Shown here piece by piece: positions 19,406 to 27,983 of a DNA stretch of 32,000 nt; the stretch's first letter is position 1; every line of letters begins with the position of its first letter. Origin of the DNA: Promethearchaeum syntrophicum. Its GTDB lineage: Archaea; Asgardarchaeota; Lokiarchaeia; Sigyniarchaeales; Promethearchaeaceae. The notes below the pieces were generated by a model that saw only the letters and a program-made list of their open reading frames with translations, had not been told where the DNA came from and searched no databases. The DNA is taken from positions 1,800,001 through 1,832,000 of the forward strand of contig NZ_CP042905.2 of assembly GCF_008000775.2 (NCBI RefSeq), written 5' to 3'. A program made the translations under genes and the position numbers.

Positions 19406-20740
19406 ATGATAAATGAATTAAATGAATTTCGCTTGAAATTTAAAGAACAATGGTGGTGCGTTAGCGCCTTTACTGACCTAGATAATGAAAATTTGACTGA
19501 TGAGATTGAAAAATTGAACAAGTATACAAAAAATCAACTTAGTTCTTTTAAAGAATCAGATATTAACCCAAGATTCGTGCCGGATGCAAATGATCGACAA
19601 AAAATTGCGTTTTTATCCCAAAACCTCCAAATTGAGCTAACTTGGGATAATTATATTGACAATTTCAATTTTAAAACTGATAATTACACCTACGATAAAT
19701 TAGGTTATTTATTATTTCGCATTCGGCTCAAAGATAATTCAAGTGTAAATATTTTCGATGTTAGACCTAATTATCTGCAGCAAATTATTTTCCATGTATG
19801 GTTTGGATTAACTAAGAAATTCCAATTTGAATTTAAATTCGATGATTCAACTCCTCCCTACATTGTATCTGTTTGCTCTGGAACTAATAATAATTCTGTA
19901 ATTGAATGGAAAAAGGAAAATATTCATAAATATAAATCGGAATTAGGTCAGTGGATCCAATTATATTCTGGACAGTTTCCCGATTATAGAGATGAATTAT
20001 ATGAAAGACGAATTGAAGTCGATCTATCAAATCGAACATCCGAAATGCATTTTATAAATCGTAATTCTGGTTTAATATATATGGAACCTGATAATTATAA
20101 GCGATTTTTTATCAAAGATAAAGATTCTCCTGATTCTAGCGGATATATGCATAATACGGTTGTTAGAACCATTATTCAAATCCGTTCTATCGCTTTTGCA
20201 ATGATAGTTGTTAGCAATGAAGTTGATAAAGACACCGGACAATTAGGTTCAGATGAATTTATGGCTAAAAAATCAAAAGAAATAAAAGATAATCTAGAAA
20301 AAACTAATAAACTAAAATTAATTCTGCAAAAAACGCTTTCTCCATTCTTTTCAGATTTGACCCGTTCTCATCGACAACATTATCATGCTGTACTTAAACG
20401 TTGCGTCGAAATTAATGAAATTGAGAAAAATTGGAAACTTATCCTCGAAAAAATTGATTCAAATACTCAAGAAATGAATTCAATCTTTTTAGATAAACAA
20501 GAAGAAGCATCTGACCGACAGGAAAAAATTCTTAACATGGTCAATATCATATTAGGTGCAGGAATTGTATTTGATATTATAGGATTTATTATTTCTGAAG
20601 AAAGTGTCCAAAAATTAATAGTTCAAATCATCGGTGGGGGATTATTATTGTTTCTTGTAGTATTATTCCTGAAATTATATGGTCCAAAAAGAAAGAAAAA
20701 AACGAAAAAAAAGGAATCTGAAAAGGGAGAAGAAGATTAA
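19406..20740 (+). CDS. hypothetical membrane protein with CorA-like topology (soluble N-domain, helical stalk, 2 C-terminal TM helices, polybasic tail)
   Basis: TM helices ILNMVNIILGAGIVFDIIGFII and LIVQIIGGGLLLFLVVLFLKLYG are separated by an 8-aa loop and followed by KRKKKTKKKESEKGEED. Residues ~260-370 are a charged helical region. There is no GMN motif. Confidence 0.6.
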   Translation: MINELNEFRLKFKEQWWCVSAFTDLDNENLTDEIEKLNKYTKNQLSSFKESDINPRFVPDANDRQKIAFLSQNLQIELTWDNYIDNFNFKTDNYTYDKLGYLLFRIRLKDNSSVNIFDVRPNYLQQIIFHVWFGLTKKFQFEFKFDDSTPPYIVSVCSGTNNNSVIEWKKENIHKYKSELGQWIQLYSGQFPDYRDELYERRIEVDLSNRTSEMHFINRNSGLIYMEPDNYKRFFIKDKDSPDSSGYMHNTVVRTIIQIRSIAFAMIVVSNEVDKDTGQLGSDEFMAKKSKEIKDNLEKTNKLKLILQKTLSPFFSDLTRSHRQHYHAVLKRCVEINEIEKNWKLILEKIDSNTQEMNSIFLDKQEEASDRQEKILNMVNIILGAGIVFDIIGFIISEESVQKLIVQIIGGGLLLFLVVLFLKLYGPKRKKKTKKKESEKGEED

Positions 20741-20755
20741 AGGGAGATAATTTAA

Positions 20756-23578
20756 TTGGCAATTGAAATCAATAAAACTCCAAAACCTTTAACTGAAATT
20801 CTTTCAGAATTACACGGTGAAGGTTTTATCATATATGCCGGAGCGGGGATATCTATTCCTGCCCCAACATGTGCACCATCTTGGTGGACTCTAACCGAAG
20901 AAATTCTCTCTGCTTTTTTTAAACGCGTTCCAGATGAATATGGATTACCTGGAGATATGATAATTAAAAGCGAAATTTGGCAACCTGAGATTATTTTTGA
21001 AAGTTTTGCAAAATTATTTGACGAATACCTCTATAAAGTTTTTCCTGTACTTGATGTTGCTCAATCAAACGGAAATCATCGAATTATTGCTCAACTAGCT
21101 AAACTTGGCGTTTTAAAAGCCGTTTTTACAACGAATTTTGATATTTATATAGAAAAAGCACTCCGCGATGAAGGTGTAGAATTTGAAGTTATAATTGATA
21201 ATGATCAATATGATGAACTTTATAATCAATTAAGCTCCCAAGGTTTTGGTTCCAAATTTCTCCTTTGTAAAATTCATGGAACCACAGAACGCCCAGATAC
21301 TATTGTAAGTGTTGCGTCTGCCTATAAAAGTTCAAAAGGATTTTCTCCACCAAAATCTCAAGTCCTTCAATGGTTAATGAAACGTTATCCAACTTTGTTT
21401 TTGGGATATTCTGGTTGGGATTTTGAACATAACAATTATCGAAAATTTTGGGATCGCACGGGACCGACTTTAAAACATATTTATTGGAATCGACGTCCGG
21501 GAGAAACTGGAGGGCCAAATTTCGATACGATTTTTAGTTCATGCAAGAATAAATTCGATTTCTGTGAATCCGATCTTCCAAGTGGATGGCTTAATGCTTT
21601 AAAACAGAACGTATCTTTGGGATTTGAAGAAATTGAAAATCAAATTTCAACAATTGAAGATCTATCGAATCAAATAAAGGATAAAAGACAAGAATTTCTT
21701 AATAATTGGGCAATGGCTATCTCCGAAGCCTCTACTCTTGCTGCGGTTATAACTGAAGGAATTCATTTCTCTGCAGCATTTCGGACTAAATTAGAGCAAA
21801 CCAAACAACAACAAGCAGCTCAGGTTCAAGTTTCTCCTGAGAAAATGGCAGAGCTTCAAAGAAAAAATCAAGAAGTTACTGCTAAATTACAAAATCCTTC
21901 CTTAACAGCAGATGAGAGAGCAACCATCATGCAAGAAATGTTCTATACCCAAATGGAAATGCAGCTTTCTTACATTAAACCAGAAGAAAAAGAGATGATC
22001 AAACACCTTTTCATCGAAAATCGATATCCTGGAATTACCGATAGTCAAATTTATAGACCCCAATTTTTAGGAAAAATAACTCCTTGTCTGGGACGCTTCT
22101 CAGCTGCTGAAGCTATCGATATCGCTCTTGATTTTATTAATCGGGATATAGAAACACAGAAGAAACAAGCAGAGATGCAAGCTGCAGGTAAATCAACCCA
22201 AGAAGCCTTTGAATTTGCTCAGGCTGAAATGGATGTAAACCGAGCTATTTTTGGTATCATGCAACCCGAAGAAGAAAAATGGAAACCTGCTTATGATGAA
22301 ATGTTAATTTCAAAAGAAAAATTTTTCGCAAAGGAAATAGATAGAGCCGCATTTATGGCGGAATTGGCGGGAATTTGTGAAAAAGCCGTTAAAAAAGATA
22401 TGGGTTTGGAAATTCCAGTAATGGATTTACTATCAAAATTAGTTCAAAATACTGCATCTGCTCCAACTCCAGAAGAATTTAATGAACGATGCCAAGCTTT
22501 ATTTCTTGCGGTGACAATGGCTGCTGCAAATTTTAACTCTCATTTGATGAAAACTGCCGAATCTAATGCTTTAGTAAAAGCTATGATGGGAGGAGTCACA
22601 AACGCTCCAAGTGTACCTGATCCTGCAATGATTCAACAATCTCAACAAGCTATGGCCGCTAAAGCTAAAGAATTAATGGCTCTTATGCAAAGCGGGGAAA
22701 TTGATGGGACTGAATACGGTAAACGCATGCAAATTTTCGTTGCTGAAAATCAAAAACGATTTCAACCGAAACCAATTGAAGGAAAAGGATCAGATGGTCG
22801 TGTTTTAGTCCCTCTTGAAATATTATCGGCATATGATAACAAAATCAGGGAACTATTTGGCCCCGCTTTTGATGCAGAAGCTCGATTTGAGGGTGATAAA
22901 ATATCACACGCTGAAATACTCCTCGAAATGTGTGTTTTGAGCCTATGGTTAACAATTGCTCAGGCAGGAGATGCAGAAAGTGGTCAGAAATTTCAAGTAC
23001 TCATGGCTCGCGGTGACTTCCCAATTACCTCGGGAAATGCTTCCGTTATATCATTTTTAATGGAGAAGAATAAAAATTGGATCGAAAAAGCAATGAATGA
23101 ATTACCCGCTCGATTCGGTCAACAACTCTGTACAAATCTTGTAACTGTTTCTAAATTAACGGATGATATTGAATTATGTAAACGCGCAACTCTTAAAAGC
23201 CTTGAATACACGGATGGAAAAATTAATGAATCCAATGCTTATGAGGTTCCATATACTCTAGCTCAATTCTATGAAAATCGTGGTGATGAAATTAATGCTT
23301 TAAAATATTGGAATCTCGCGCTTGATGGAGTAAGAACTTCCGTCCCTCCTGCATTCACTGATGTTATTCTATACCATACTGCCAAATTAACAGCAAAAAA
23401 TGGAGATAAACAAGTTGCTCTAAAAATGATAGGGAAATTACACCCGAATTATTTGGGAAATGAGCCACCATTTAAAACTCCCGCTCGTGATATGTCCCTG
23501 CAGCTAGCACAAAATTTGGCCCAAGAGCTTGGATATTCCACTGTAGAATCCGCTTTACAAGCATTATTGGAGCAGTAA
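20756..23578 (+). CDS. SIR2-like (NADase-type, SIR2_2-like) domain protein with long helical middle region and C-terminal TPR-like repeats
   Basis: TTG start with GGGAG 8 nt upstream, 15 nt after the preceding stop. Motifs IIYAGAGISIP (aa 25-35), FTTNFD (N127, nt 21134-21136), CKIHG (H174, nt 21275-21277) and LFLGYSGWD. No Zn-ribbon cysteines and no P-loop. C-terminal TPR-like segment: YTLAQFYENRGDEINALKYWNLALDG. Confidence 0.75.
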   Translation: MAIEINKTPKPLTEILSELHGEGFIIYAGAGISIPAPTCAPSWWTLTEEILSAFFKRVPDEYGLPGDMIIKSEIWQPEIIFESFAKLFDEYLYKVFPVLDVAQSNGNHRIIAQLAKLGVLKAVFTTNFDIYIEKALRDEGVEFEVIIDNDQYDELYNQLSSQGFGSKFLLCKIHGTTERPDTIVSVASAYKSSKGFSPPKSQVLQWLMKRYPTLFLGYSGWDFEHNNYRKFWDRTGPTLKHIYWNRRPGETGGPNFDTIFSSCKNKFDFCESDLPSGWLNALKQNVSLGFEEIENQISTIEDLSNQIKDKRQEFLNNWAMAISEASTLAAVITEGIHFSAAFRTKLEQTKQQQAAQVQVSPEKMAELQRKNQEVTAKLQNPSLTADERATIMQEMFYTQMEMQLSYIKPEEKEMIKHLFIENRYPGITDSQIYRPQFLGKITPCLGRFSAAEAIDIALDFINRDIETQKKQAEMQAAGKSTQEAFEFAQAEMDVNRAIFGIMQPEEEKWKPAYDEMLISKEKFFAKEIDRAAFMAELAGICEKAVKKDMGLEIPVMDLLSKLVQNTASAPTPEEFNERCQALFLAVTMAAANFNSHLMKTAESNALVKAMMGGVTNAPSVPDPAMIQQSQQAMAAKAKELMALMQSGEIDGTEYGKRMQIFVAENQKRFQPKPIEGKGSDGRVLVPLEILSAYDNKIRELFGPAFDAEARFEGDKISHAEILLEMCVLSLWLTIAQAGDAESGQKFQVLMARGDFPITSGNASVISFLMEKNKNWIEKAMNELPARFGQQLCTNLVTVSKLTDDIELCKRATLKSLEYTDGKINESNAYEVPYTLAQFYENRGDEINALKYWNLALDGVRTSVPPAFTDVILYHTAKLTAKNGDKQVALKMIGKLHPNYLGNEPPFKTPARDMSLQLAQNLAQELGYSTVESALQALLEQ

Positions 23579-23602
23579 GAGCGAATAATCCAAAATCCAA
23601 TC

Positions 23603-23628
23603 TTTTTTAAATTTTTTATTTATTTTTT
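23603..23628 (+). terminator. three T6 runs downstream of the SIR2 gene
   Basis: tcTTTTTTaaaTTTTTTatttaTTTTTTcc, read directly starting 25 nt after the stop. This is an archaeal-type oligo-T termination signal. Confidence 0.4.
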
Positions 23629-23717
23629 CCTCGCAAATATAAATTTAGAAATGAATTTTTATTATAAATTTGTATAGATATTTTTATGAGTATTTTCTAT
23701 ATTAATTAGTGAAAAAT

Positions 23718-23915
23718 ATGAGTGATGGATCGAACATTAAACAAATGGTGGTTGATTTAATCCGAAACCTACCTAATGATGTCACCCTTGAAGATATTCA
23801 GTATCATTTATTTGTAAAGCAAAAAATACAAAAAGCAGAACATCAAATTGAAGCTGGTGAGATAATCCCTCATAAAGACGTTATGGAGAATTTAAAAAAG
23901 AAATGGTTTCCATAG
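23718..23915 (+). CDS. type II antitoxin (small helical addiction-module component paired with ParE/RelE-like toxin)
   Basis: 65-68 aa (GTG at 23709 or ATG at 23718). Overlaps the downstream toxin gene by 13 nt. Paralogous to 25733..25909. Confidence 0.65.
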   Translation: MSDGSNIKQMVVDLIRNLPNDVTLEDIQYHLFVKQKIQKAEHQIEAGEIIPHKDVMENLKKKWFP

Positions 23916-24193
23916 AGTGGACACAAGAGGCTAATTTTGATTTTAATGAAATTTTGGCATACTTGTCAAATGCTTCTCCACAATACGCACATGCTCTTTT
24001 TGAAAAAGTGAAGGATGCTTTAGTGAATTTGAAAAAATTTCCTAAATTAGGTCGAAAAGTTCCTGAATCAGATAATGAAAACGATAGAGAATTAATTATT
24101 CAAAAATATCGATTGATTTACCGCTTTGTTGAAGATGTTGATAAAATATTTGTCCTAATGATAATCCATGGTAGTCGAATTCTAAACTTCTAA
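23903..24193 (+). CDS. ParE/RelE-superfamily type II toxin (plasmid stabilisation system protein family)
   Basis: 96 aa. WTQEANFDFNEILAYL...FPKLGRKVPE...RELIIQKYRLIYRF...IFVLMIIHGSR is the typical ParE/RelE layout. Confidence 0.75.
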   Translation: MVSIEWTQEANFDFNEILAYLSNASPQYAHALFEKVKDALVNLKKFPKLGRKVPESDNENDRELIIQKYRLIYRFVEDVDKIFVLMIIHGSRILNF

Positions 24194-24200
24194 ATTTTTT

Positions 24201-24767
24201 TTATATCCTTTTTCTAGCAATTAAAAATAGTGAGTCATCAGGTTCCATTTCTTTGTAGGTTTCCATTTTAATAATATCAAAACTACCTTCAAACAATATA
24301 CGGAGTTGTTCCTCAGTATAATATATGAAAAGAAGCCCATCAAAGTTTTCTTCCCTATCACCATGCCAAAAAGCATGACAAATTATTCCCTCTGGCTCTA
24401 AAATCTCTGCTTGTCGTTTTATAGATTGTTTAAGGTCTTCACGGGTTAGATGCATTAAAACCTTATTAGAATATAATCCTTGAAATTTACGATTGGTTTT
24501 TAAAGTTATTGCATCCAAAACGAGTAAATCTTCATCCGGATTTTGCTTTTGATATCGATCTATAAAGATTTTGGAATAATCAGAGCCAGTAACTTTGTAA
24601 TGTTTTTTCAACAATGTTAGGTCCACTCCTGGACCCATCCCGATTTCAAGAATTGATGAACTTTCAGGTAAATGCTTCTGTAATTCCGCAATTAACTCTC
24701 GCCCATCATATCCTTCCGCCATTTTAATATATTCCTTAACATTTTTTTCTTGATGAAAGAACCCCAT
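24201..24767 (-). CDS. class I SAM-dependent methyltransferase
   Basis: Motif I ILEIGMGPGVD, followed by VTGSDYS (acidic post-I) and a typical Rossmann-fold length of 188 aa. Confidence 0.75.
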   Translation of the reverse strand: MGFFHQEKNVKEYIKMAEGYDGRELIAELQKHLPESSSILEIGMGPGVDLTLLKKHYKVTGSDYSKIFIDRYQKQNPDEDLLVLDAITLKTNRKFQGLYSNKVLMHLTREDLKQSIKRQAEILEPEGIICHAFWHGDREENFDGLLFIYYTEEQLRILFEGSFDIIKMETYKEMEPDDSLFLIARKRI

Positions 24768-24982
24768 TTAAAATCATTCCTCATCATTCATACTTTTTTT
24801 AAAATTAAAACAGTTCTCATTATAAAAATTTTTTTTCCTTTTTTCATTTCATCCAACTTTATCTGCCCCATTTTATCTCATTTTTCAGATATTTAATCTA
24901 AGTTATTTTCTCTAAACTAAAACATTTAAGGAAAATAAGAATATATTATATTAATTCTAAAAAAAATCCTTACTGAAAAATC

Positions 24983-25600
24983 ATGCCAAGCAGAAGAGCA
25001 GATAATACATTAGTGTTTAAAGTAGTGTTCTGGGGTCCCTCAATGGGCGGTAAAACGTGTGCATTGGAGTGGATATATCAGAAAGAGGGTCTTGCTAGCG
25101 GTAAACTTCAATCTATAACAGATCCTACAGGGCGGACTCTTTTCTTCGATAGAGTTGTTGCAAAAGTGTCTAATGTTGTATTTCAAACTTACACTGTAGC
25201 AGGTCAACGTAGGCATAAATATCAAAGAAAAACCGTTTTGAAAGGTAGCGATGCATTAGTATTCGTTTGGGATTCTTCATCCGATCAGTGGGAAGAAAAC
25301 ATCTTTTCTCTAAAGGAATTATTGAACTTTTATGGCCCTAAAGTTATGCCTGGTGCTGATGGTAATACTGAAGTTCCACTCGTTCTGATGGCTAACAAGA
25401 GAGATTTACCTAATCCGACCCCTATTGATAAGATTAGAGAAGTTTTGAACGCTGCGAAACTGAGTAATGTTTTAATATATGAAACGATAGCAATTACAGG
25501 CGTTAATGTGAAGCGAGCATTTGTGTTTTCTGCACGTGAAGCTGTTTTAAGACATTACATGCGTTTACAATCAGGTGCCACGGTCCCGAAAGCAGAATAA
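24983..25600 (+). CDS. mglA: MglA-like Ras-superfamily small GTPase
   Basis: G1 FWGPSMGGKT. Switch region GRTLFFD. G3 YTVAGQ (MglA-type TVxGQ instead of DxxGQ). G4 NKRD. Collinear with my recollection of Myxococcus MglA (KIVYYGPGLCGKTT...DRTLFFDF...LYTVPGQ...LKGVDGVVFVADS...YNKRDLPNA). Confidence 0.8.
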   Translation: MPSRRADNTLVFKVVFWGPSMGGKTCALEWIYQKEGLASGKLQSITDPTGRTLFFDRVVAKVSNVVFQTYTVAGQRRHKYQRKTVLKGSDALVFVWDSSSDQWEENIFSLKELLNFYGPKVMPGADGNTEVPLVLMANKRDLPNPTPIDKIREVLNAAKLSNVLIYETIAITGVNVKRAFVFSAREAVLRHYMRLQSGATVPKAE

Positions 25601-25732
25601 TCTTTTTTTCCCTAACATTTCTTTTTTTCCATTTCGTAATTGGAAAATTTCAATCATTTATTAATTAATAAATTAATTAATTACGATTTTTTATATATTC
25701 ATGATTCTTTATTAGAAATGGGACTATTTATC

Positions 25733-25909
25733 ATGCAAACTTTAAAGGAAAGCGTAATTAGATTCTTGAAAAACCAATCAGATGATGTTAATGCAGAGGA
25801 CATAATCGAATTTGTGATCATGAATCAGAAACTCGCTGAAGGAGAAAAAGATCTACAAGAGGGGCGAATTTATACGCATGACCAAGCAAAAGAGATTTTG
25901 AAAAGATAG
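25733..25909 (+). CDS. type II antitoxin, paralogue of 23718..23915
   Basis: MQTLKESVIRFLKNQSDDVNAEDIIEFVIMNQKLAEGEKDLQEGRIYTHDQ aligns with IKQMVVDLIRNLPNDVTLEDIQYHLFVKQKIQKAEHQIEAGEIIPHKD. The track ORF from TTG 25640 adds an implausible 31-aa leader. Confidence 0.6.
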   Translation: MQTLKESVIRFLKNQSDDVNAEDIIEFVIMNQKLAEGEKDLQEGRIYTHDQAKEILKR

Positions 25910-25920
25910 GAACAATAATA

Positions 25921-26190
25921 TGGACTGAATCTTCTTTAGAAGATTTGAAAGAAATTAAAAGCTTTATCTCCCATGATTCAAAGAAATTTGCGAATTAATT
26001 TATTGATAGACTATTTCAAACAACTGAAATTTTAGCGAAATTTCCTAAAATCGGAAAAAAAATTAAATCTATTCAGAATTCCGAATATAGAATGATTGTT
26101 TTTAAAAAATATCGAATTATATATAAAGAAATTGAAGAGAAGGTAAAAATTATAAGAGTCCTTCAAGCAAACAGAATGATGGATATATAA
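25921..26190 (+). pseudogene. decayed ParE/RelE-like toxin (in-frame TAA at 25996-25998, no canonical start)
   Basis: The frame starting at 25921 reads WTESSLEDLKEIKSFISHDSKKFAN*FIDRLFQTTEILAKFPKIGKKIKSIQNSEYRMIVFKKYRIIYKEIEEKVKIIRVLQANRMMDI*, collinear with the intact toxin at 23903..24193. It is preceded by ATA ATA rather than ATG. Confidence 0.65.
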
Positions 26191-26227
26191 AAAATATTTC
26201 AGTAACATATTAGCATTTTTTTTTGGT

Positions 26228-26419
26228 TCATCGAATCTCTTTAACTCGACCTATTTTTCCTGAGGTTAATCGCACTTTAATTCCATGAGGATGTTGTGCA
26301 GAATTAGTTAATAAATCTTTCACAATTCCAGTAGTTAATTCCCCGTTACGTTGATTTTGCTTCTCGACAATTGATACGGATAATCCGGGTTTTATGTTTT
26401 TTCTAAAATTTCCTTGCAT
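26228..26419 (-). CDS. YwbE-like small conserved protein (DUF2196-type)
   Basis: 63 aa. RKNIKPGLSVSIVEKQNQRNGELTTGIVKDLLTNSAQHPHGIKVRLTSGKIGRVKEI matches the YwbE-family consensus as I recall it. Confidence 0.65.
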   Translation of the reverse strand: MQGNFRKNIKPGLSVSIVEKQNQRNGELTTGIVKDLLTNSAQHPHGIKVRLTSGKIGRVKEIR

Positions 26420-26701
26420 ATGAAAAAATATAACTCCCTATAATGTTAATTTTTTGATGAGATCCTATTATTGAATATTTAAATTAATTCCTTAAACAAT
26501 GAAGAGAAATTAAAGAATTGAATAACAAAAACCATATGGTTCATATGGAAGAATGAAAAACCCTTATTTTACATAATGATGATGGATTAAATTCATATGA
26601 TTTTTTTCACCTATTATAATTAGGTTAATCGGAAATTGAAGAAGTTTCCAGAGAAAATTTTCCGAATAACCCTTTACTATAAAAAAAAGAGGAAAAAAAA
26701 A

Positions 26702-27946
26702 ATGCAATTAGTGATATTACAAGATATTGACCCCGGAACTATAATCGGAGCAATATTTATTGGATTGGCATTGATCATTGCTTCAGGGGTATTTTTTTAT
26801 TTCAAAAATATGATTGTGGTGCCATTTAACGAAATTCATGTTATATCGAGTGGAACTAAGACAAAAACATTTGATGGAAAAGGAAGGTATTGTTTTATAA
26901 AATTTCTCATGAGTAAAACAATAATTCCAAAGCATGTCCTTGACATCGAACCGGGATTATTAGATCTCCTTGATTGCGACAATCTTCCATTCGGTGTGGA
27001 AATATCTGTCAAAGTACAGGTAACTGACCCTCAAAAAGCAGCGGCTACTTTAACACGAATAGATCATAGTACCGTTGCCAAAGTTGTAGAAGATACTGTA
27101 ATGTCCGCAGCAAGATCCATTGCTATGGAGAGAACAATTCTAGATATTATGAAAAAACGTGAAGAAGTCGAACAACGAGTTTACAGTATGGTAGCAGATG
27201 CCTTGGGCAAGCTTGGATTATCAGCTATAATTTTTGACATCAAAAATATTCGTGATACTGAGGGAAATGATGTAATCACCTCATTGGAACGAGTTAAAAT
27301 TGCAGAATTGCGGAAAAATGCTCAAGTGGCCGAAGCTATTCATAATAAAGAATCCTTCGTTAAAAGTGAACAAATGAAACAAGAACAAGAAACTGCAAGA
27401 TTAATTAAAGAACAAGATATCATTGCTAAGCAAGTCCTTGTTGATCAAGAACGTTTAATCTTAGATAAACAACAATCAACCAAGAAAGCTGAAATCGAAA
27501 AAGAACGTCTAAAAATAATGGCAGAAGCCGAAAAGGAAAAAAATATGATAGATGCTGAAGCAGAAGCAGAAGTGATCAGAGTAAAAGCAGAAGCAGAAGC
27601 AGAAGCAATCAAGTTGAAAGCTATAGCTAATGCAGAAGCTATTTTAAAGAAAGGTATTGCAGAAGCTGAGGTTCTAAAGAAGAAAAATGCTGCTATGGGG
27701 GGTAATTACGCAGCTCAAATAGAATTATCAAAGATTTTAAGTAAAGCTCAAATTGATTCCGCAGGAAAAATTGCTGAAGCCCTGGGAAAAAATAACAAAA
27801 TAATGTATCTTCCAGTAGATGGAGATAACGGGCTACTCTCAAATTTCTTGCCGAAAATCGATGCCTTTTTCCAATCTGGAATACCCACTGATATTATGGG
27901 ACAATTGTCTGGGAAAAAAAATATTAAAAAACTAGCTTCAAAATAA
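26702..27946 (+). CDS. flotillin-like SPFH/band-7 domain protein
   Basis: N-terminal TM/hairpin IIGAIFIGLALIIASGVFFYF, then an SPFH core (VVPFNEIHVISSG...FGVEISVKVQV). A long coiled coil carries Glu-Ala repeats (AEAEAEVIRVKAEAEAEAIKLKAIANAEA), the flotillin hallmark. The track ORF from TTG 26636 adds a poly-Lys leader encoded by an A-tract, so I prefer ATG 26702. Confidence 0.85.
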   Translation: MQLVILQDIDPGTIIGAIFIGLALIIASGVFFYFKNMIVVPFNEIHVISSGTKTKTFDGKGRYCFIKFLMSKTIIPKHVLDIEPGLLDLLDCDNLPFGVEISVKVQVTDPQKAAATLTRIDHSTVAKVVEDTVMSAARSIAMERTILDIMKKREEVEQRVYSMVADALGKLGLSAIIFDIKNIRDTEGNDVITSLERVKIAELRKNAQVAEAIHNKESFVKSEQMKQEQETARLIKEQDIIAKQVLVDQERLILDKQQSTKKAEIEKERLKIMAEAEKEKNMIDAEAEAEVIRVKAEAEAEAIKLKAIANAEAILKKGIAEAEVLKKKNAAMGGNYAAQIELSKILSKAQIDSAGKIAEALGKNNKIMYLPVDGDNGLLSNFLPKIDAFFQSGIPTDIMGQLSGKKNIKKLASK

Positions 27947-27983
27947 TACTTTTTTTTTTAAAAATTTTTTTGAGGTGAAGAAA

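Noticed and set aside
19406-20740. Annotating the 444-aa 2TM protein as a genuine CorA Mg2+ transporter
   Set aside because: The GMN signature between the TM helices is absent and the loop reads SEESVQKL. Only the topology is CorA-like, so it is left as a hypothetical membrane protein.
20756-23578. Apparent GC elevation (~38-42% in sampled 60-nt lines) of the SIR2-TPR gene as evidence of recent horizontal transfer
   Set aside because: Sampled conserved stretches of gyrA reach similar GC (~43%), so the signal may simply reflect an Ala/Gly-rich coding sequence. It would need a proper sliding-window GC and codon-usage calculation, which I cannot run.
25996-25998. In-frame TAA in the second ParE-like gene as stop-codon recoding or an alternative genetic code
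   Set aside because: TAA terminates many well-supported genes in this window (for example purL, the first partial ORF and the SIR2 gene). The same locus has also lost its ATG and its C-terminal motif, so pseudogenisation is the simpler explanation.
27551-27610. GCAGAA tandem repeats as a DNA-level repeat element
   Set aside because: They encode the Glu-Ala (EA) repeats characteristic of flotillin coiled coils, so this is a coding feature. The same applies to the (GAT)5 run at 14018-14032, which encodes an acidic GyrB insert.
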